A DNA stretch of 64,000 nucleotides from a bacterium (GCA_029945665.1 JAQSCZ010000122.1:1868-65867); one strand, 5' to 3'. Counted from the first letter of the stretch, positions 30,366 to 40,755 are shown. Numbers and translations: made by a program. Notes: generated by a model from the letters alone, not told the origin.

Positions 30366-31319
30366 ATGAATCGATACAAATATATTGGTCTAATTTTTTG
30401 TTTGTTAGCATTTGTTGCTTGCAAAAAAAATAGTAATAAAAGTAATCCATTTGATGATTGGACAACTACTAGTCGCGGTTCTGTTATGCAAGATCTAGCT
30501 ATTGATCCAAATACCATTGAAGGGCTGCATAAAAATATATTTAAACCAACTTGTGCTAACAGTGGTTGTCATGATGGAAATTTTGAACCAGATTTTAGAA
30601 GTGTTGAGAGCTCTTATAATTCTTTATTGAATCGAATGGCAACTAATACTGACCCTCAAAATGCGCAATATGCTAAGCGCGTGGTTCCAGGTGATGCTGC
30701 CAGCAGTATGTTGTTGCATAGATTAACTACATTTATTCCTGGATCACAGGGGGTGATGCCACTTTCATTAGAACCTACGAGTGATTGGGTTGTTAAGAAA
30801 AGTCAGTATTTAGAGAACATTAAAAACTGGATTAATGACGGCGCAAAAGACCAATTTGGCAACAGCGCTTTAAGTACTGATTTTCCGCCTCAAATGGCAG
30901 GAATTATAGCCTTTGCAGATGGCTCAGTAACTCCCCTTCCGCATAGTGGATATAATCCAATTGAAATTCCTTCAGGTACTTCTAGTATTAAAATTATGGT
31001 GGCTTACACCGATGACAAAACGCCAGTCAATCAATTTGGAACAACTACGCTTAATTATTCTTTAAATCCGAATAATTACTCAGGTGCCGAGACCAACATG
31101 ACAGTAGAATCTTCTCCGTTTAATACCAAAGGATTTTCAAGTAGCAATGTAGATTACTGGCACAGTGTAACGCTTTCAGTTAGTACACTTGGTGCAGCCT
31201 TAAACGATGTTTTATGGATTAGAACGCAAACCACCGACAAAGTTAATTCGCCTGTTTATATTCCTTCCATTCCCGCTGCTTTCAACACAAAAAAATATTT
31301 TTCAATTCGCATTAATTAA
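30366..31319 (+). CDS. Cytochrome c lipoprotein (Planctomycete-cytochrome-like)
   Basis: Lipobox FVAC; IFKPTCANSGCH, VVPGDAASSMLLHRL, MP and IKNWINDGA motifs. Confidence 0.8.
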   Translation: MNRYKYIGLIFCLLAFVACKKNSNKSNPFDDWTTTSRGSVMQDLAIDPNTIEGLHKNIFKPTCANSGCHDGNFEPDFRSVESSYNSLLNRMATNTDPQNAQYAKRVVPGDAASSMLLHRLTTFIPGSQGVMPLSLEPTSDWVVKKSQYLENIKNWINDGAKDQFGNSALSTDFPPQMAGIIAFADGSVTPLPHSGYNPIEIPSGTSSIKIMVAYTDDKTPVNQFGTTTLNYSLNPNNYSGAETNMTVESSPFNTKGFSSSNVDYWHSVTLSVSTLGAALNDVLWIRTQTTDKVNSPVYIPSIPAAFNTKKYFSIRIN

Positions 31320-31783
31320 TGAAAAACAAATTTTTATATCGTCGATTTAATTTGCTTCCTATCTGCATTCTTATATTTCTAAGCAGTTGTAAAAAAGATG
31401 ACTCATTGAGTGGCAATAGCAAAGTGCCATTTATAAAAATGCTCGATGTTTCTTCAACAACAATTTTGCAATTTAAAGATAGTTTAGTCATTCGATTTGA
31501 ATACACAGATGGTGATGGTGATATCGGAGAACTAAATCCTGATGAAAATGATTTACAGATAAAAGATAAAAGACTGAGTAAAGCTGACTATTATTTTATA
31601 AAACCTTTATCTCCTCCGGGATCTGATATCAAGACAAAAGGTATTATAGCAGTCCAAATGAAAAACACCTTTTTATTAGGCACTGCCAACAGCGAGACTA
31701 CTACTTTTGAATTGAAGCTCAAGGATAGAGCAGGCAATTGGAGCAATAGCATCATTACGCCAATAATTACCATTACAAAATAA
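31319..31783 (+). CDS. Hypothetical lipoprotein (DGDGDIG motif)
   Basis: Lipobox LSSC; YTDGDGDIG and KDRAGNWSN motifs. Confidence 0.75.
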   Translation: MKNKFLYRRFNLLPICILIFLSSCKKDDSLSGNSKVPFIKMLDVSSTTILQFKDSLVIRFEYTDGDGDIGELNPDENDLQIKDKRLSKADYYFIKPLSPPGSDIKTKGIIAVQMKNTFLLGTANSETTTFELKLKDRAGNWSNSIITPIITITK

Positions 31784-34700
31784 TTGAATACTTTTTTCAA
31801 ATATCGTACATTATTGGGTGCTTTTTTAGATAACAAGATAGCGCTTTTTCTGCTGTCATTACTAAGTATACTACCGACATATTTAGCAGCACAAACTACT
31901 TATAAAATGAGTAACAATAAGGTTTATGACTGCAGAGGAAAGTTAATTGATAGCGAGGGTAATAAAGTAAATACAAGCTGGTATGCCAGCAATGAGGATT
32001 TTATATTCACAATTTCTGTGAGTGGTGCCAGTAAAATTAATATCAAATTTACAAATCCATTCAATGTCGAAGCAGGCTCAGATTTTTTAAAGGTATACAG
32101 TGGTAAGGATACTTTTTCAGGATTCATAAAAAAGTATGATAACAACAACAAACCTTCAGGTACTATTTCTGTAACAGATAGTTGTATCACATTTTATTTT
32201 CATTCTGATAAATATGTCAATGGCGATGGATTTGAACTCAGCTGGGAAGCAAAAATAACTTCCGTTCCTCAGCCAAAATTTACACCCATTACTAATCCTA
32301 ATTGCAACACTAATAAAATTCGCATTATACTTGATCAAAAATTTAATTGCGACTCAGTGAAGGCAAAAAATTTTAAATTATCAGGCACCTTAACAACTGC
32401 CGTGAGCAATGCCGTTGGCGTTGGGTGTGATGGTAAAAATGAAAGCAATACTTTTGACATTTCATTTGCTTCAGCCTTAAATCAAAGTGGTAATTATGTA
32501 CTTGATTTTAATTCTACTTTCAAAGATCAATGTGATAGTATTTGGAAAATAAACGCAAAATTAAATTTCAAAATTACAGATTGCCCCATCAAGGTGGTAC
32601 TTAAAAGTACAAAAGATACCCTCTGCACAGGTGCATGTGCAACACTTACAGCAACAATAACAGGTGGAAATTCAGCAAACTACACTTACACTTGGTTTAG
32701 CGGCACCTTAACGGGCAAACCACCTCATATTATTTGCCCGACTATTAACACAAGATACATTTTGGAAGTTTCGGATGGCGTGTCTATACCCGGGCGTGAC
32801 ACGATAGATATTATTGTTTTGACACCTCCTGTTGCGCAAAATGACACAACGGTTTGTCAATCGAGTGGACCATTTAATTTAATGGCCAATCCCACCGGTG
32901 GCAAATGGTCGGGCACTGGAATCACAAATGCAAGCAATGGAACTTTTAATCCATCTATTTCTGGCAGCGGTATTTTTAATATTACTTACCAAAATGGAAA
33001 ATGTAGTGATATTGTTGTTGTTACCGTTAAAGCAATAAATGCAGGACCACCAAATGCCGCATGCCCAAGCAGTGCAGCCTTTATGGTTAGTAATTTTTCA
33101 CCAACAGGAGGTACTTGGAGTGGACCCAATATTAATGCTTTAGGAATTATTACACCTCCTGCCAGTATAGGAACTTTTCAAGTAACATACACATGGAATG
33201 GTTGTACGGCCAAAAAAGACATCAATATAGATGGTATAAGTATAAAAAAATACGATACAATTTGTAAATCTGTTCCTTATGATACAATTTTATTTACACC
33301 TGCAGGCGGAAATTGGACTGGCCCAGGAATTTCTAATACACGATTAGGGATTAGTATACCTTACAATGCTGGTGCTGGAAATAAACTATATATATACACC
33401 ATTAATGGTTGTAAAGACACGCTTAAAAGATTCATTAAAGATGTTGATGCAAGATGGGATGAAATTGCTTGTCCAGATGCCGGACAAAGAACCTTGCCCG
33501 CTGGTATACCTACTGGTGGATTATGGTCTGGTAAAGGTATTTTCGATCCTGTCAATGGGATTTTTGATGCAGATAGTTTTCGGGTACCCGGTCAAAGCAC
33601 TTTTGTTCAAGTTAATTTAACCTATACAACCTTATCAGGCTGCAAAGACGATAAGATTATGTACCTGCGATACTCCCGCTTTTATAAAGATACTGTCAAA
33701 AATTGTGTCACGGATACGAGTTATTATTTGCGCTATCAATATGTTTTTAATGACCCTTGGAATTTGCTTTTTACTGGCAGTAATGCTATAATTGGCAATT
33801 CAATTTACTACCAAAAATTTAGTCCATCACTTGCTGGGAGAGGTACATATCATCAAATAATTGGAGATGGCAATGGCTGCAAAGACACAATTATAATTCA
33901 AATTTATCCAAGAGCCAAAATCCAAAATGATACTATTTTATGTATAGCAGATAATCCTTATCAGTTATACAATGCCGAAAAGAAAGGAACTTTTTCAGGC
34001 AAAGGCATAACAAATGGTGTTACGGGTATCTTTAATCCAGCTTTGGCAGGTTCAGGCACACATTTAATCATGTATAATCAGCCAGGTAAATGTCAAGATA
34101 CAATAAGGATTAAGGTCAATGCATTACCCATTGTGAAAATCAATGGATTGTCGCAATTCTATTGCTTTAGGGATACTATTATAACTGCTAATTTAACCCC
34201 TATAGGTGGCATATTTACTGGAGCAGGCACGAATGGAAATACATTTAATCCTAGAACTGCGGGCACCGGAATCCACAGAATGAAGTATGTTTTTGGAACA
34301 GGAAAGTGTATCAATCAAGATGTTTTAGATATTGAAATAGGAGATACTTTAAAACTAGACTTAATTAGCGATAAAGATACCATATGTATTGGGACAACAG
34401 TAACTTTAAATACCAAAGCTACAGGTGGCAGCAATAATTATGATTTAACTTGGAGCAGTGGACCAACCAATGTCAGTGCTATTTTCATTTCACCTAAAAA
34501 AACCACATTGTACACTGCAACGTTAAAAGATGGTTGTAGTGACTCTGTAGTTAAGCAAAAGTTAATATATGTGCATCCCCAAATGTATAGTAGCAGCAGT
34601 ACTAGTCCAATTCAATGCTATGGTAATCAAGGTTTCATAAATCTAAAAATGAATGGAACTGGTCCTTTTTCATATCTTTGGAATACGATTCCACCACAAA

Positions 34701-35344
34701 CCAATGCTATAATAAATGCCCCTGTCAATAATACTTACAAAGCAACCATAACCAATACTTCCACTGGTTGTAAATATGATACAAGTCTGCAAATTCCCGG
34801 ATACAACGCGATAAGAGCCTATTTTACTTTCTCTCCAAATGACAGATGTTTATACAGTAACAATGCTGAATTGCAGATTATTAATCTAAGTGATGGCGGC
34901 ATAACCGGAACCTGGGATTTTGGAGATGGCACAATTATTCCTTATGATCCAGCTACCAATCCAAGTCACTTATACGACGGATTAAAAGAAAATTATAAAG
35001 TAAAACTAACGATATCTAATAGTGGTAATTGTATTGATAGTTTTTATGTTAATATCTGTGTAATTGATACCGTTACTATCATATTGCCTACAGCATTTAC
35101 CCCAAATGATGACGAGATGAATGATATTTTTAGAATTGAATCCACTTCTATTTCTAAATCGACAATGGCTATTTTTAATAGATGGGGTGAAAAAGTATTT
35201 TACAGTGAAGATTCAAAAATTGGGTGGAATGGAACCTACCAAGGGAAACCATGCCCTACAGACTATTATGTTTATTATATTAGCTATAAAGGAAAAAAAA
35301 CTGCAACACGTTACACAAAAGGTGTCTTGTTTTTAATACGGTGA
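31784..35344 (+). CDS. Large surface protein with CUB-like, repeat and PKD domains and a T9SS type B C-terminal domain
   Basis: CUB-like N-terminus (DFLKVYSG...FHSD...GFELSW), PxGGxWSG repeats, WDFGDG, and PTAFTPNDDEMNDIF...IFNRWGEKVF...WNG...YVY. Confidence 0.9.
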   Translation: MNTFFKYRTLLGAFLDNKIALFLLSLLSILPTYLAAQTTYKMSNNKVYDCRGKLIDSEGNKVNTSWYASNEDFIFTISVSGASKINIKFTNPFNVEAGSDFLKVYSGKDTFSGFIKKYDNNNKPSGTISVTDSCITFYFHSDKYVNGDGFELSWEAKITSVPQPKFTPITNPNCNTNKIRIILDQKFNCDSVKAKNFKLSGTLTTAVSNAVGVGCDGKNESNTFDISFASALNQSGNYVLDFNSTFKDQCDSIWKINAKLNFKITDCPIKVVLKSTKDTLCTGACATLTATITGGNSANYTYTWFSGTLTGKPPHIICPTINTRYILEVSDGVSIPGRDTIDIIVLTPPVAQNDTTVCQSSGPFNLMANPTGGKWSGTGITNASNGTFNPSISGSGIFNITYQNGKCSDIVVVTVKAINAGPPNAACPSSAAFMVSNFSPTGGTWSGPNINALGIITPPASIGTFQVTYTWNGCTAKKDINIDGISIKKYDTICKSVPYDTILFTPAGGNWTGPGISNTRLGISIPYNAGAGNKLYIYTINGCKDTLKRFIKDVDARWDEIACPDAGQRTLPAGIPTGGLWSGKGIFDPVNGIFDADSFRVPGQSTFVQVNLTYTTLSGCKDDKIMYLRYSRFYKDTVKNCVTDTSYYLRYQYVFNDPWNLLFTGSNAIIGNSIYYQKFSPSLAGRGTYHQIIGDGNGCKDTIIIQIYPRAKIQNDTILCIADNPYQLYNAEKKGTFSGKGITNGVTGIFNPALAGSGTHLIMYNQPGKCQDTIRIKVNALPIVKINGLSQFYCFRDTIITANLTPIGGIFTGAGTNGNTFNPRTAGTGIHRMKYVFGTGKCINQDVLDIEIGDTLKLDLISDKDTICIGTTVTLNTKATGGSNNYDLTWSSGPTNVSAIFISPKKTTLYTATLKDGCSDSVVKQKLIYVHPQMYSSSSTSPIQCYGNQGFINLKMNGTGPFSYLWNTIPPQTNAIINAPVNNTYKATITNTSTGCKYDTSLQIPGYNAIRAYFTFSPNDRCLYSNNAELQIINLSDGGITGTWDFGDGTIIPYDPATNPSHLYDGLKENYKVKLTISNSGNCIDSFYVNICVIDTVTIILPTAFTPNDDEMNDIFRIESTSISKSTMAIFNRWGEKVFYSEDSKIGWNGTYQGKPCPTDYYVYYISYKGKKTATRYTKGVLFLIR

Positions 35345-35390
35345 TAAGTCATAATTAAGTAATGGATTTTTGCTTAATTTTGAGAACATT

Positions 35391-35903
35391 ATGAAATTCA
35401 AAAGCATTTTAAACAAATCATTAATGGTATTTGGCATACTATTAATTCTCATACAATTCGTTGGAACTGAAAAAAATGAAAGTGATATAAAAACAAATAG
35501 TATTGCCAATAAATATGCTATCCCAAACAACATTCAACTAATACTTACGACAGCTTGCTATGACTGCCACAGCAATAAAACAATTTACCCATGGTATGCT
35601 AAGTTACAGCCTGTAGCTTGGTGGTTAAACGACCACATAGTAGAAGGTAAGAGCAAATTTAACTTTGATGAATTTACTAGCTACCCGTTGTATAGACAAT
35701 ATCACAAATTAGAAGAAGTGGTTGAAGAAGTGGAGGAAGGTGAAATGCCGCTTTCTTCTTATACCATCATTCATAGGAATGCAAATTTAACAGATGGTCA
35801 AAAAACTGAATTAATTAACTGGGTAAAAGGAATTCGCACGACTATGGAAACCACTTATCCTGCAGATAGCCTTATAAATCCTAAAAAAAGGAAACAATCT
35901 TAA
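35391..35903 (+). CDS. Haem-binding domain (cytochrome c) protein
   Basis: CYDCHS, YPWY, NF and GEMP motifs; start moved to ATG 35391, which follows a TAATTTTG promoter motif. Confidence 0.88.
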   Translation: MKFKSILNKSLMVFGILLILIQFVGTEKNESDIKTNSIANKYAIPNNIQLILTTACYDCHSNKTIYPWYAKLQPVAWWLNDHIVEGKSKFNFDEFTSYPLYRQYHKLEEVVEEVEEGEMPLSSYTIIHRNANLTDGQKTELINWVKGIRTTMETTYPADSLINPKKRKQS

Positions 35904-35997
35904 CCGTTACAATTGTTTGGCCATATTAGGATTGTGCTTGCGTATTTGACTTTGTTTTTTATATTGTCAATACTTTTCTGCAATTTTGAGGCGTTAA

Positions 35998-36744
35998 ATG
36001 TCCATTTCTGTAATAATAATTGCCAAAAACGAAGCTGATAATTTAAGAATATCACTTCCCAAGTTACATTGGTGCGACGATATTATACTCATTAACGACC
36101 AAAGCACGGATGGCACTGTTGAAGTGGCCGAAGAATTTGGATGTAAAATATACAATCGCGTATTTGATGGCTTTGGTACACAAAAGCAATTTGCGGTAAG
36201 CAAAACCAAGTATGAATGGGTATTGAATATCGATGCTGATGAGGTGATAAGCGATGCGTTAATTGCTGAAATTTTGGCTTTAAAACTTACTTCGAATCAA
36301 ATAGCTGGCTATATGTTGCCAATACAACATGTATTTTTAGGCAAAGTTTTTAAATATGGCAAAGAGAGCAAATTTTACCATCTGCGCCTCTTTAATAAAA
36401 CCCTAGGAAATTTTGATCATGCAAAAGTGCACGAAAAAGTAAAGTTAAATGGCATAACCATGCGGTTAGAAAATATCATTTTGCACTATAGTTATAAAGA
36501 CCTCAAGCATTATTTTGAAAAATTCAATCAATATACTACTATTGGCGCTATCAAATTGAAAGATAAAGGTAAAAGTCGCAACCTATTTTTAACTGTTGCA
36601 AGCTTCCCATTTTATTTTTTAAAACATTATTTTATTTATGGCAATATTTTGAATGGCCAATCGGGGTTTATTTGGAGTTATTTAAATGCGTGGTATCATG
36701 TTGTTAAATATTTAAAATTACACGAATTAAATGTTAAGCAATGA
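35998..36744 (+). CDS. Glycosyltransferase family 2 (LPS/LOS beta-1,4-glucosyltransferase-like)
   Basis: SVIIIAKNE, STDGT, IDADE and VHE motifs. Confidence 0.93.
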   Translation: MSISVIIIAKNEADNLRISLPKLHWCDDIILINDQSTDGTVEVAEEFGCKIYNRVFDGFGTQKQFAVSKTKYEWVLNIDADEVISDALIAEILALKLTSNQIAGYMLPIQHVFLGKVFKYGKESKFYHLRLFNKTLGNFDHAKVHEKVKLNGITMRLENIILHYSYKDLKHYFEKFNQYTTIGAIKLKDKGKSRNLFLTVASFPFYFLKHYFIYGNILNGQSGFIWSYLNAWYHVVKYLKLHELNVKQ

Positions 36745-37451
36745 GTGGACTTAGGGTTTTAATGTATCATAAAGTTTCGGCTTCTGAAAATGACTTTCTT
36801 ACAGTTACAGTCGAACAAATTACCACACAACTGGTATGGCTGCAAGAACGTTATAATTTTATCACCCTTCATGATTTATTGCAGTATATTGATAATAAAA
36901 AAGCACTCCCTACCAAAGCGTTACTCATTACTTTCGATGATGGTTATTTAAATAATTACACCTTGGCCTATCCTATTTTCAAACGACTTAAAATTCCGTT
37001 TTCAATATTTTTAATAGGGGATTTTATTGGTCGAACGATTGAACACGATGGACAAGAACAAATATTTTTAAACAGTAATCAATTATTAGAAATGAGAGAT
37101 TTTGTGCAATATGGATACCACAGTAATTCGCATACAAATCTAATGGCAATAAATTCTGAATTATGGGAAACTGAGGTTGCAAATTGTGTTAAGACATTTA
37201 AAAATTTACCTATTGAAATTGAACCTGCATGGGCTTATACGTATGGGGGCTTTCCAAAGAAAAACTTTAAACATTTTCAATATTTAAAAAAAATCTTCGC
37301 AGACCAAGGTATCCACTCTGCCTTTCGGATTGGCAATAGAATTAATAAAAAAGAATTAATAGACCCTTATGCCATTGAAAGGCTTGATATAAGAGGGGAC
37401 GATTCATTTTTTAAATTCAAATTAAAAGTCAAAATAGGCAAACTATTTTAA
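36741..37451 (+). CDS. Polysaccharide deacetylase (NodB-like)
   Basis: LMYHKV, ITFDDGY and HSNSH motifs. Confidence 0.92.
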   Translation: MSGLRVLMYHKVSASENDFLTVTVEQITTQLVWLQERYNFITLHDLLQYIDNKKALPTKALLITFDDGYLNNYTLAYPIFKRLKIPFSIFLIGDFIGRTIEHDGQEQIFLNSNQLLEMRDFVQYGYHSNSHTNLMAINSELWETEVANCVKTFKNLPIEIEPAWAYTYGGFPKKNFKHFQYLKKIFADQGIHSAFRIGNRINKKELIDPYAIERLDIRGDDSFFKFKLKVKIGKLF

Positions 37452-37490
37452 TTGACACCAAGGCTTAAAATAAATCTGTAATTTTGAGCC

Positions 37491-38264
37491 ATGAATACTG
37501 ATTCAAGATTAGAGGCCTTCGGAAGATTGCTTACCATAATGGATGAATTAAGGGCTAAGTGTCCTTGGGACAAAGAACAAACCACCGAATCTTTGCGACA
37601 TCTTACCATTGAGGAAACGTATGAATTAAGCGATGCAATTCTCAAAAATGATGCAGAAGAAATAAAGAAGGAACTTGGTGATATTCTATTACACATTGTA
37701 TTTTATGCAAAAATTGGTGCTGAAAAATCACAATTTAATATTGAGGATGTCATTACACAACTTTGCGAAAAATTAATTCGACGCCACCCGCACATTTATG
37801 GTGAGGTAATAGCCGAAGATAGCAACACAGTTAAACAAAACTGGGAACAAATAAAATTGAAGGAAAAGGGAAATGAAAAAAAATCTGTTTTTAATGGCTT
37901 ACCAAATTCGTTGCCATCCCTTTTAAACGCCTATCGAATGCAAGAAAAAGCGGCCCAAGTTGGATTTGACTGGGAAAAAAAAGAACAAGTTTGGGCAAAA
38001 GTAGAAGAAGAATTAGAAGAATTTAAAGTAGCCGATTCAGATTTAGAAAAAGAAAATGAATTAGGTGATTTATTATTCTCATTGGTCAATTATGCGCGAT
38101 TTAGTGCTATCAATCCAGATGATGCGCTTGAAAAAACCAATCGAAAGTTCATCAAGCGTTTTAATTATATTGAAGCCAAAGCCGAAATGCTTAATCTCGA
38201 TCTTAAAACAGTTGGTTTAGCCCAAATGGACCAATGGTGGAACGAGGCTAAACTTATTCCTTAG
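37491..38264 (+). CDS. mazG: Nucleoside triphosphate pyrophosphohydrolase
   Basis: CPWDKEQT, EETYE, ELGD (twice) and RRHPH motifs. Confidence 0.96.
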   Translation: MNTDSRLEAFGRLLTIMDELRAKCPWDKEQTTESLRHLTIEETYELSDAILKNDAEEIKKELGDILLHIVFYAKIGAEKSQFNIEDVITQLCEKLIRRHPHIYGEVIAEDSNTVKQNWEQIKLKEKGNEKKSVFNGLPNSLPSLLNAYRMQEKAAQVGFDWEKKEQVWAKVEEELEEFKVADSDLEKENELGDLLFSLVNYARFSAINPDDALEKTNRKFIKRFNYIEAKAEMLNLDLKTVGLAQMDQWWNEAKLIP

Positions 38265-38335
38265 CAACAAATCAAAGTCAATACCAACTGCGAATTGAAT
38301 ATTAATTCCTAATATTCGATTATCTTTGCAACCTT

Positions 38336-39430
38336 ATGGATAATACACAAGCCTTAAAATTAGTTGCACTGAATGATTTACACATTTCGCTTGGTGGTAA
38401 AATGGTGCCTTTTGCAGGATTTAACATGCCTGTGCAGTATAGTAATTTAATTCAAGAACACAACCAAGTGCGCAACAGTGTTGGGGTTTTTGATGTTTCT
38501 CACATGGGGGAATTCCACTTAAAAGGCGAAAAAGCCTTGGATTTAATACAATTGGTAACCAGCAATGATGCTTCAAAATTAGTAAATGGAAAAGTTCAAT
38601 ACAGTTGCTTACCGAATAACACGGGTGGTATTGTAGATGATTTATTGGTTTATAAAAACAGCGATACGGAATATTATCTTGTTGTTAACGCTTCAAATAT
38701 TGATAAAGATTGGGATTGGATTTCTTCACATAATACCTTTGGTGTTCAGATGGAAAATATCAGTGATCAATTGAGTTTATTAGCAGTGCAAGGTCCTAAT
38801 GCCATTAAAGCGCTTCAAAAAATTACTGATGTAGACCTTTCTTCGATGGAGTATTACTCTTTTAAACACGGGACAATTGGTGGCTGTGAACATGTTATTA
38901 TTTCAAATACTGGTTATACTGGTGCTGGTGGATTTGAATTGTATGTTGCAAATAAAGATGCCCGCAAATTATGGGATGCTGTATTTGAAGCAGGTGCTGA
39001 ATTTGGCATTCTACCTGCAGGATTAGGCTGCAGAGATACTTTAAGACTCGAAAAAGGTTTTTGTTTATATGGTAATGATATCAATGATACGACCTCTCCT
39101 ATTGAAGCTGGTTTAGGTTGGATCACTAAATTCACTAAAGATTTTGTGAATAGTGCCTATCACAAATCATTAAAAGACAATGGTGTTTCTAAAAAACTTG
39201 TTGGTTTTGAAATGATAGACCGCGGCATTCCCCGTCAACATTACAATATTAAAGATGCGCAGGGCAATACAATTGGCGAAGTTACTTCAGGCACTCAATC
39301 ACCGAGCCTAGGTAAAGCCATAGGATTGGGCTATGTAAACACAGCCTTCAGTACTGCAGATTCTGAAATTTATATTGAGGTTAGAGACAAAGCACTCAAA
39401 GCTAAAGTTGTAAAAATTCCTTTTTTATAA
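38336..39430 (+). CDS. gcvT: Glycine cleavage system aminomethyltransferase
   Basis: [13 protein letters not shown] and RDTLRLEKG motifs; TATCTTTG promoter at 38321-38328. Confidence 0.97.
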   Translation: MDNTQALKLVALNDLHISLGGKMVPFAGFNMPVQYSNLIQEHNQVRNSVGVFDVSHMGEFHLKGEKALDLIQLVTSNDASKLVNGKVQYSCLPNNTGGIVDDLLVYKNSDTEYYLVVNASNIDKDWDWISSHNTFGVQMENISDQLSLLAVQGPNAIKALQKITDVDLSSMEYYSFKHGTIGGCEHVIISNTGYTGAGGFELYVANKDARKLWDAVFEAGAEFGILPAGLGCRDTLRLEKGFCLYGNDINDTTSPIEAGLGWITKFTKDFVNSAYHKSLKDNGVSKKLVGFEMIDRGIPRQHYNIKDAQGNTIGEVTSGTQSPSLGKAIGLGYVNTAFSTADSEIYIEVRDKALKAKVVKIPFL

Positions 39431-39467
39431 CCCTTGATATTTAGATTAAATCGCTTAAGTTTGAAAT

Positions 39468-40121
39468 ATGAAAAACTTAAGGCTTTTTAATTCTGTGTTT
39501 TTAGGTGTTTTTATTTCTGTTTCGGCATTTGCCCAAAGAGAGTTTTCATCCGTTACCCGCAACAATCCGTATGACAAAATGGTGCATTTTGTGCCACTTC
39601 CATTGTTAGTTGGAGGGTTTGAGATGGGTTATGAGAAGGCTACCACTCATAAAGAATCATTTTATCTGCAAGTTGGATATTATACTGCCAAAAATCCAGG
39701 GCTCTATAAACTTAAAAATGATGGTTATTCAGATATGAATGGACTAAAGTTGGAATGTCAATACCGCTTTTTTAGAAAAACTAATAATTACATAAAAAAT
39801 GTATGGATTGGTCCATTTGTAAATTTCAAGACACTCTCTATGAAATATACAGAAACCACCTATACCACTACCTATAACCCTTATAATGTTAAAACCAATA
39901 CCATTAATGAAAACAGAATGGCAACCTCATTAGCTTTTGGTTACATGATGGGTCTAAGAAAGTCTGTTTTTGAAAATATTTATTTAGATCTTTCATTAGG
40001 AGGTGGCGTATATATTCCAGTTGCAGGTAGCAATCACGAACAATTAAATATTGGACTCATATCCCCATACCAAAGAGGTGTTCAGTTAAGAATGAATTTA
40101 GGGTTTTGTATCGCTTTATAG
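39468..40121 (+). CDS. Putative outer-membrane beta-barrel protein (DUF3575-like)
   Basis: Signal peptide, amphipathic beta-strands, C-terminal LGFCIAL. Confidence 0.6.
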   Translation: MKNLRLFNSVFLGVFISVSAFAQREFSSVTRNNPYDKMVHFVPLPLLVGGFEMGYEKATTHKESFYLQVGYYTAKNPGLYKLKNDGYSDMNGLKLECQYRFFRKTNNYIKNVWIGPFVNFKTLSMKYTETTYTTTYNPYNVKTNTINENRMATSLAFGYMMGLRKSVFENIYLDLSLGGGVYIPVAGSNHEQLNIGLISPYQRGVQLRMNLGFCIAL

Positions 40122-40135
40122 GACTTTCTACCTAA

Positions 40136-40753
40136 ATGAGAAAAACAGAAATCATTCTAATTGGTGTTTTATGTTTTTCTGCCGTATTTATTCTCAATGG
40201 TTTTACTAAAATAAGCTCAACATTACTCCTCATTTCAAGTAGCTTACTCGCTATACTCTATTTTGCATTTGGGTTCTTATTAATAAACAATAAGCACCTT
40301 TATAAAATATTTAGCAAATCGACTTATGAAGATTTAAATACTTTAAAAATTATTTTAAGCATCTTTTTAGGATTTGTATTCAGCAATATTATCATAGGAA
40401 TTCTTTTTAAACTCATGCTATGGCCTGCATCTGAGCCTATGATAATGACTAGCGGCTTAACGATCATTGTAGGTTTAATTGTATTAGTAATAATTCAACT
40501 TGTGACCCATAAAATTCTGTTCGTTCAAAATCTGCGTTATTTTATTTGGACTGTGTTTTTTGCCATTATTTATCTAATGCCCTACCGAACCTTGATTGAA
40601 GCTAGGTATCTACAAAAATATCCTGATTATTCAAATGCAATGTCGCGCTATTATGAAAATCGCACTTTAGAGAATCAGAAACTATTTGAGGAAGAGAACC
40701 AAAAATATCACGAACTGAAAATGAGTGAATTTGGTGAAAGGGGCACGCGCTAA
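40136..40753 (+). CDS. Hypothetical membrane protein with GldL-N-like motif
   Basis: About five TM helices; IIGILFKLMLWP segment. Confidence 0.6.
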   Translation: MRKTEIILIGVLCFSAVFILNGFTKISSTLLLISSSLLAILYFAFGFLLINNKHLYKIFSKSTYEDLNTLKIILSIFLGFVFSNIIIGILFKLMLWPASEPMIMTSGLTIIVGLIVLVIIQLVTHKILFVQNLRYFIWTVFFAIIYLMPYRTLIEARYLQKYPDYSNAMSRYYENRTLENQKLFEEENQKYHELKMSEFGERGTR

Positions 40754-40755
40754 TC

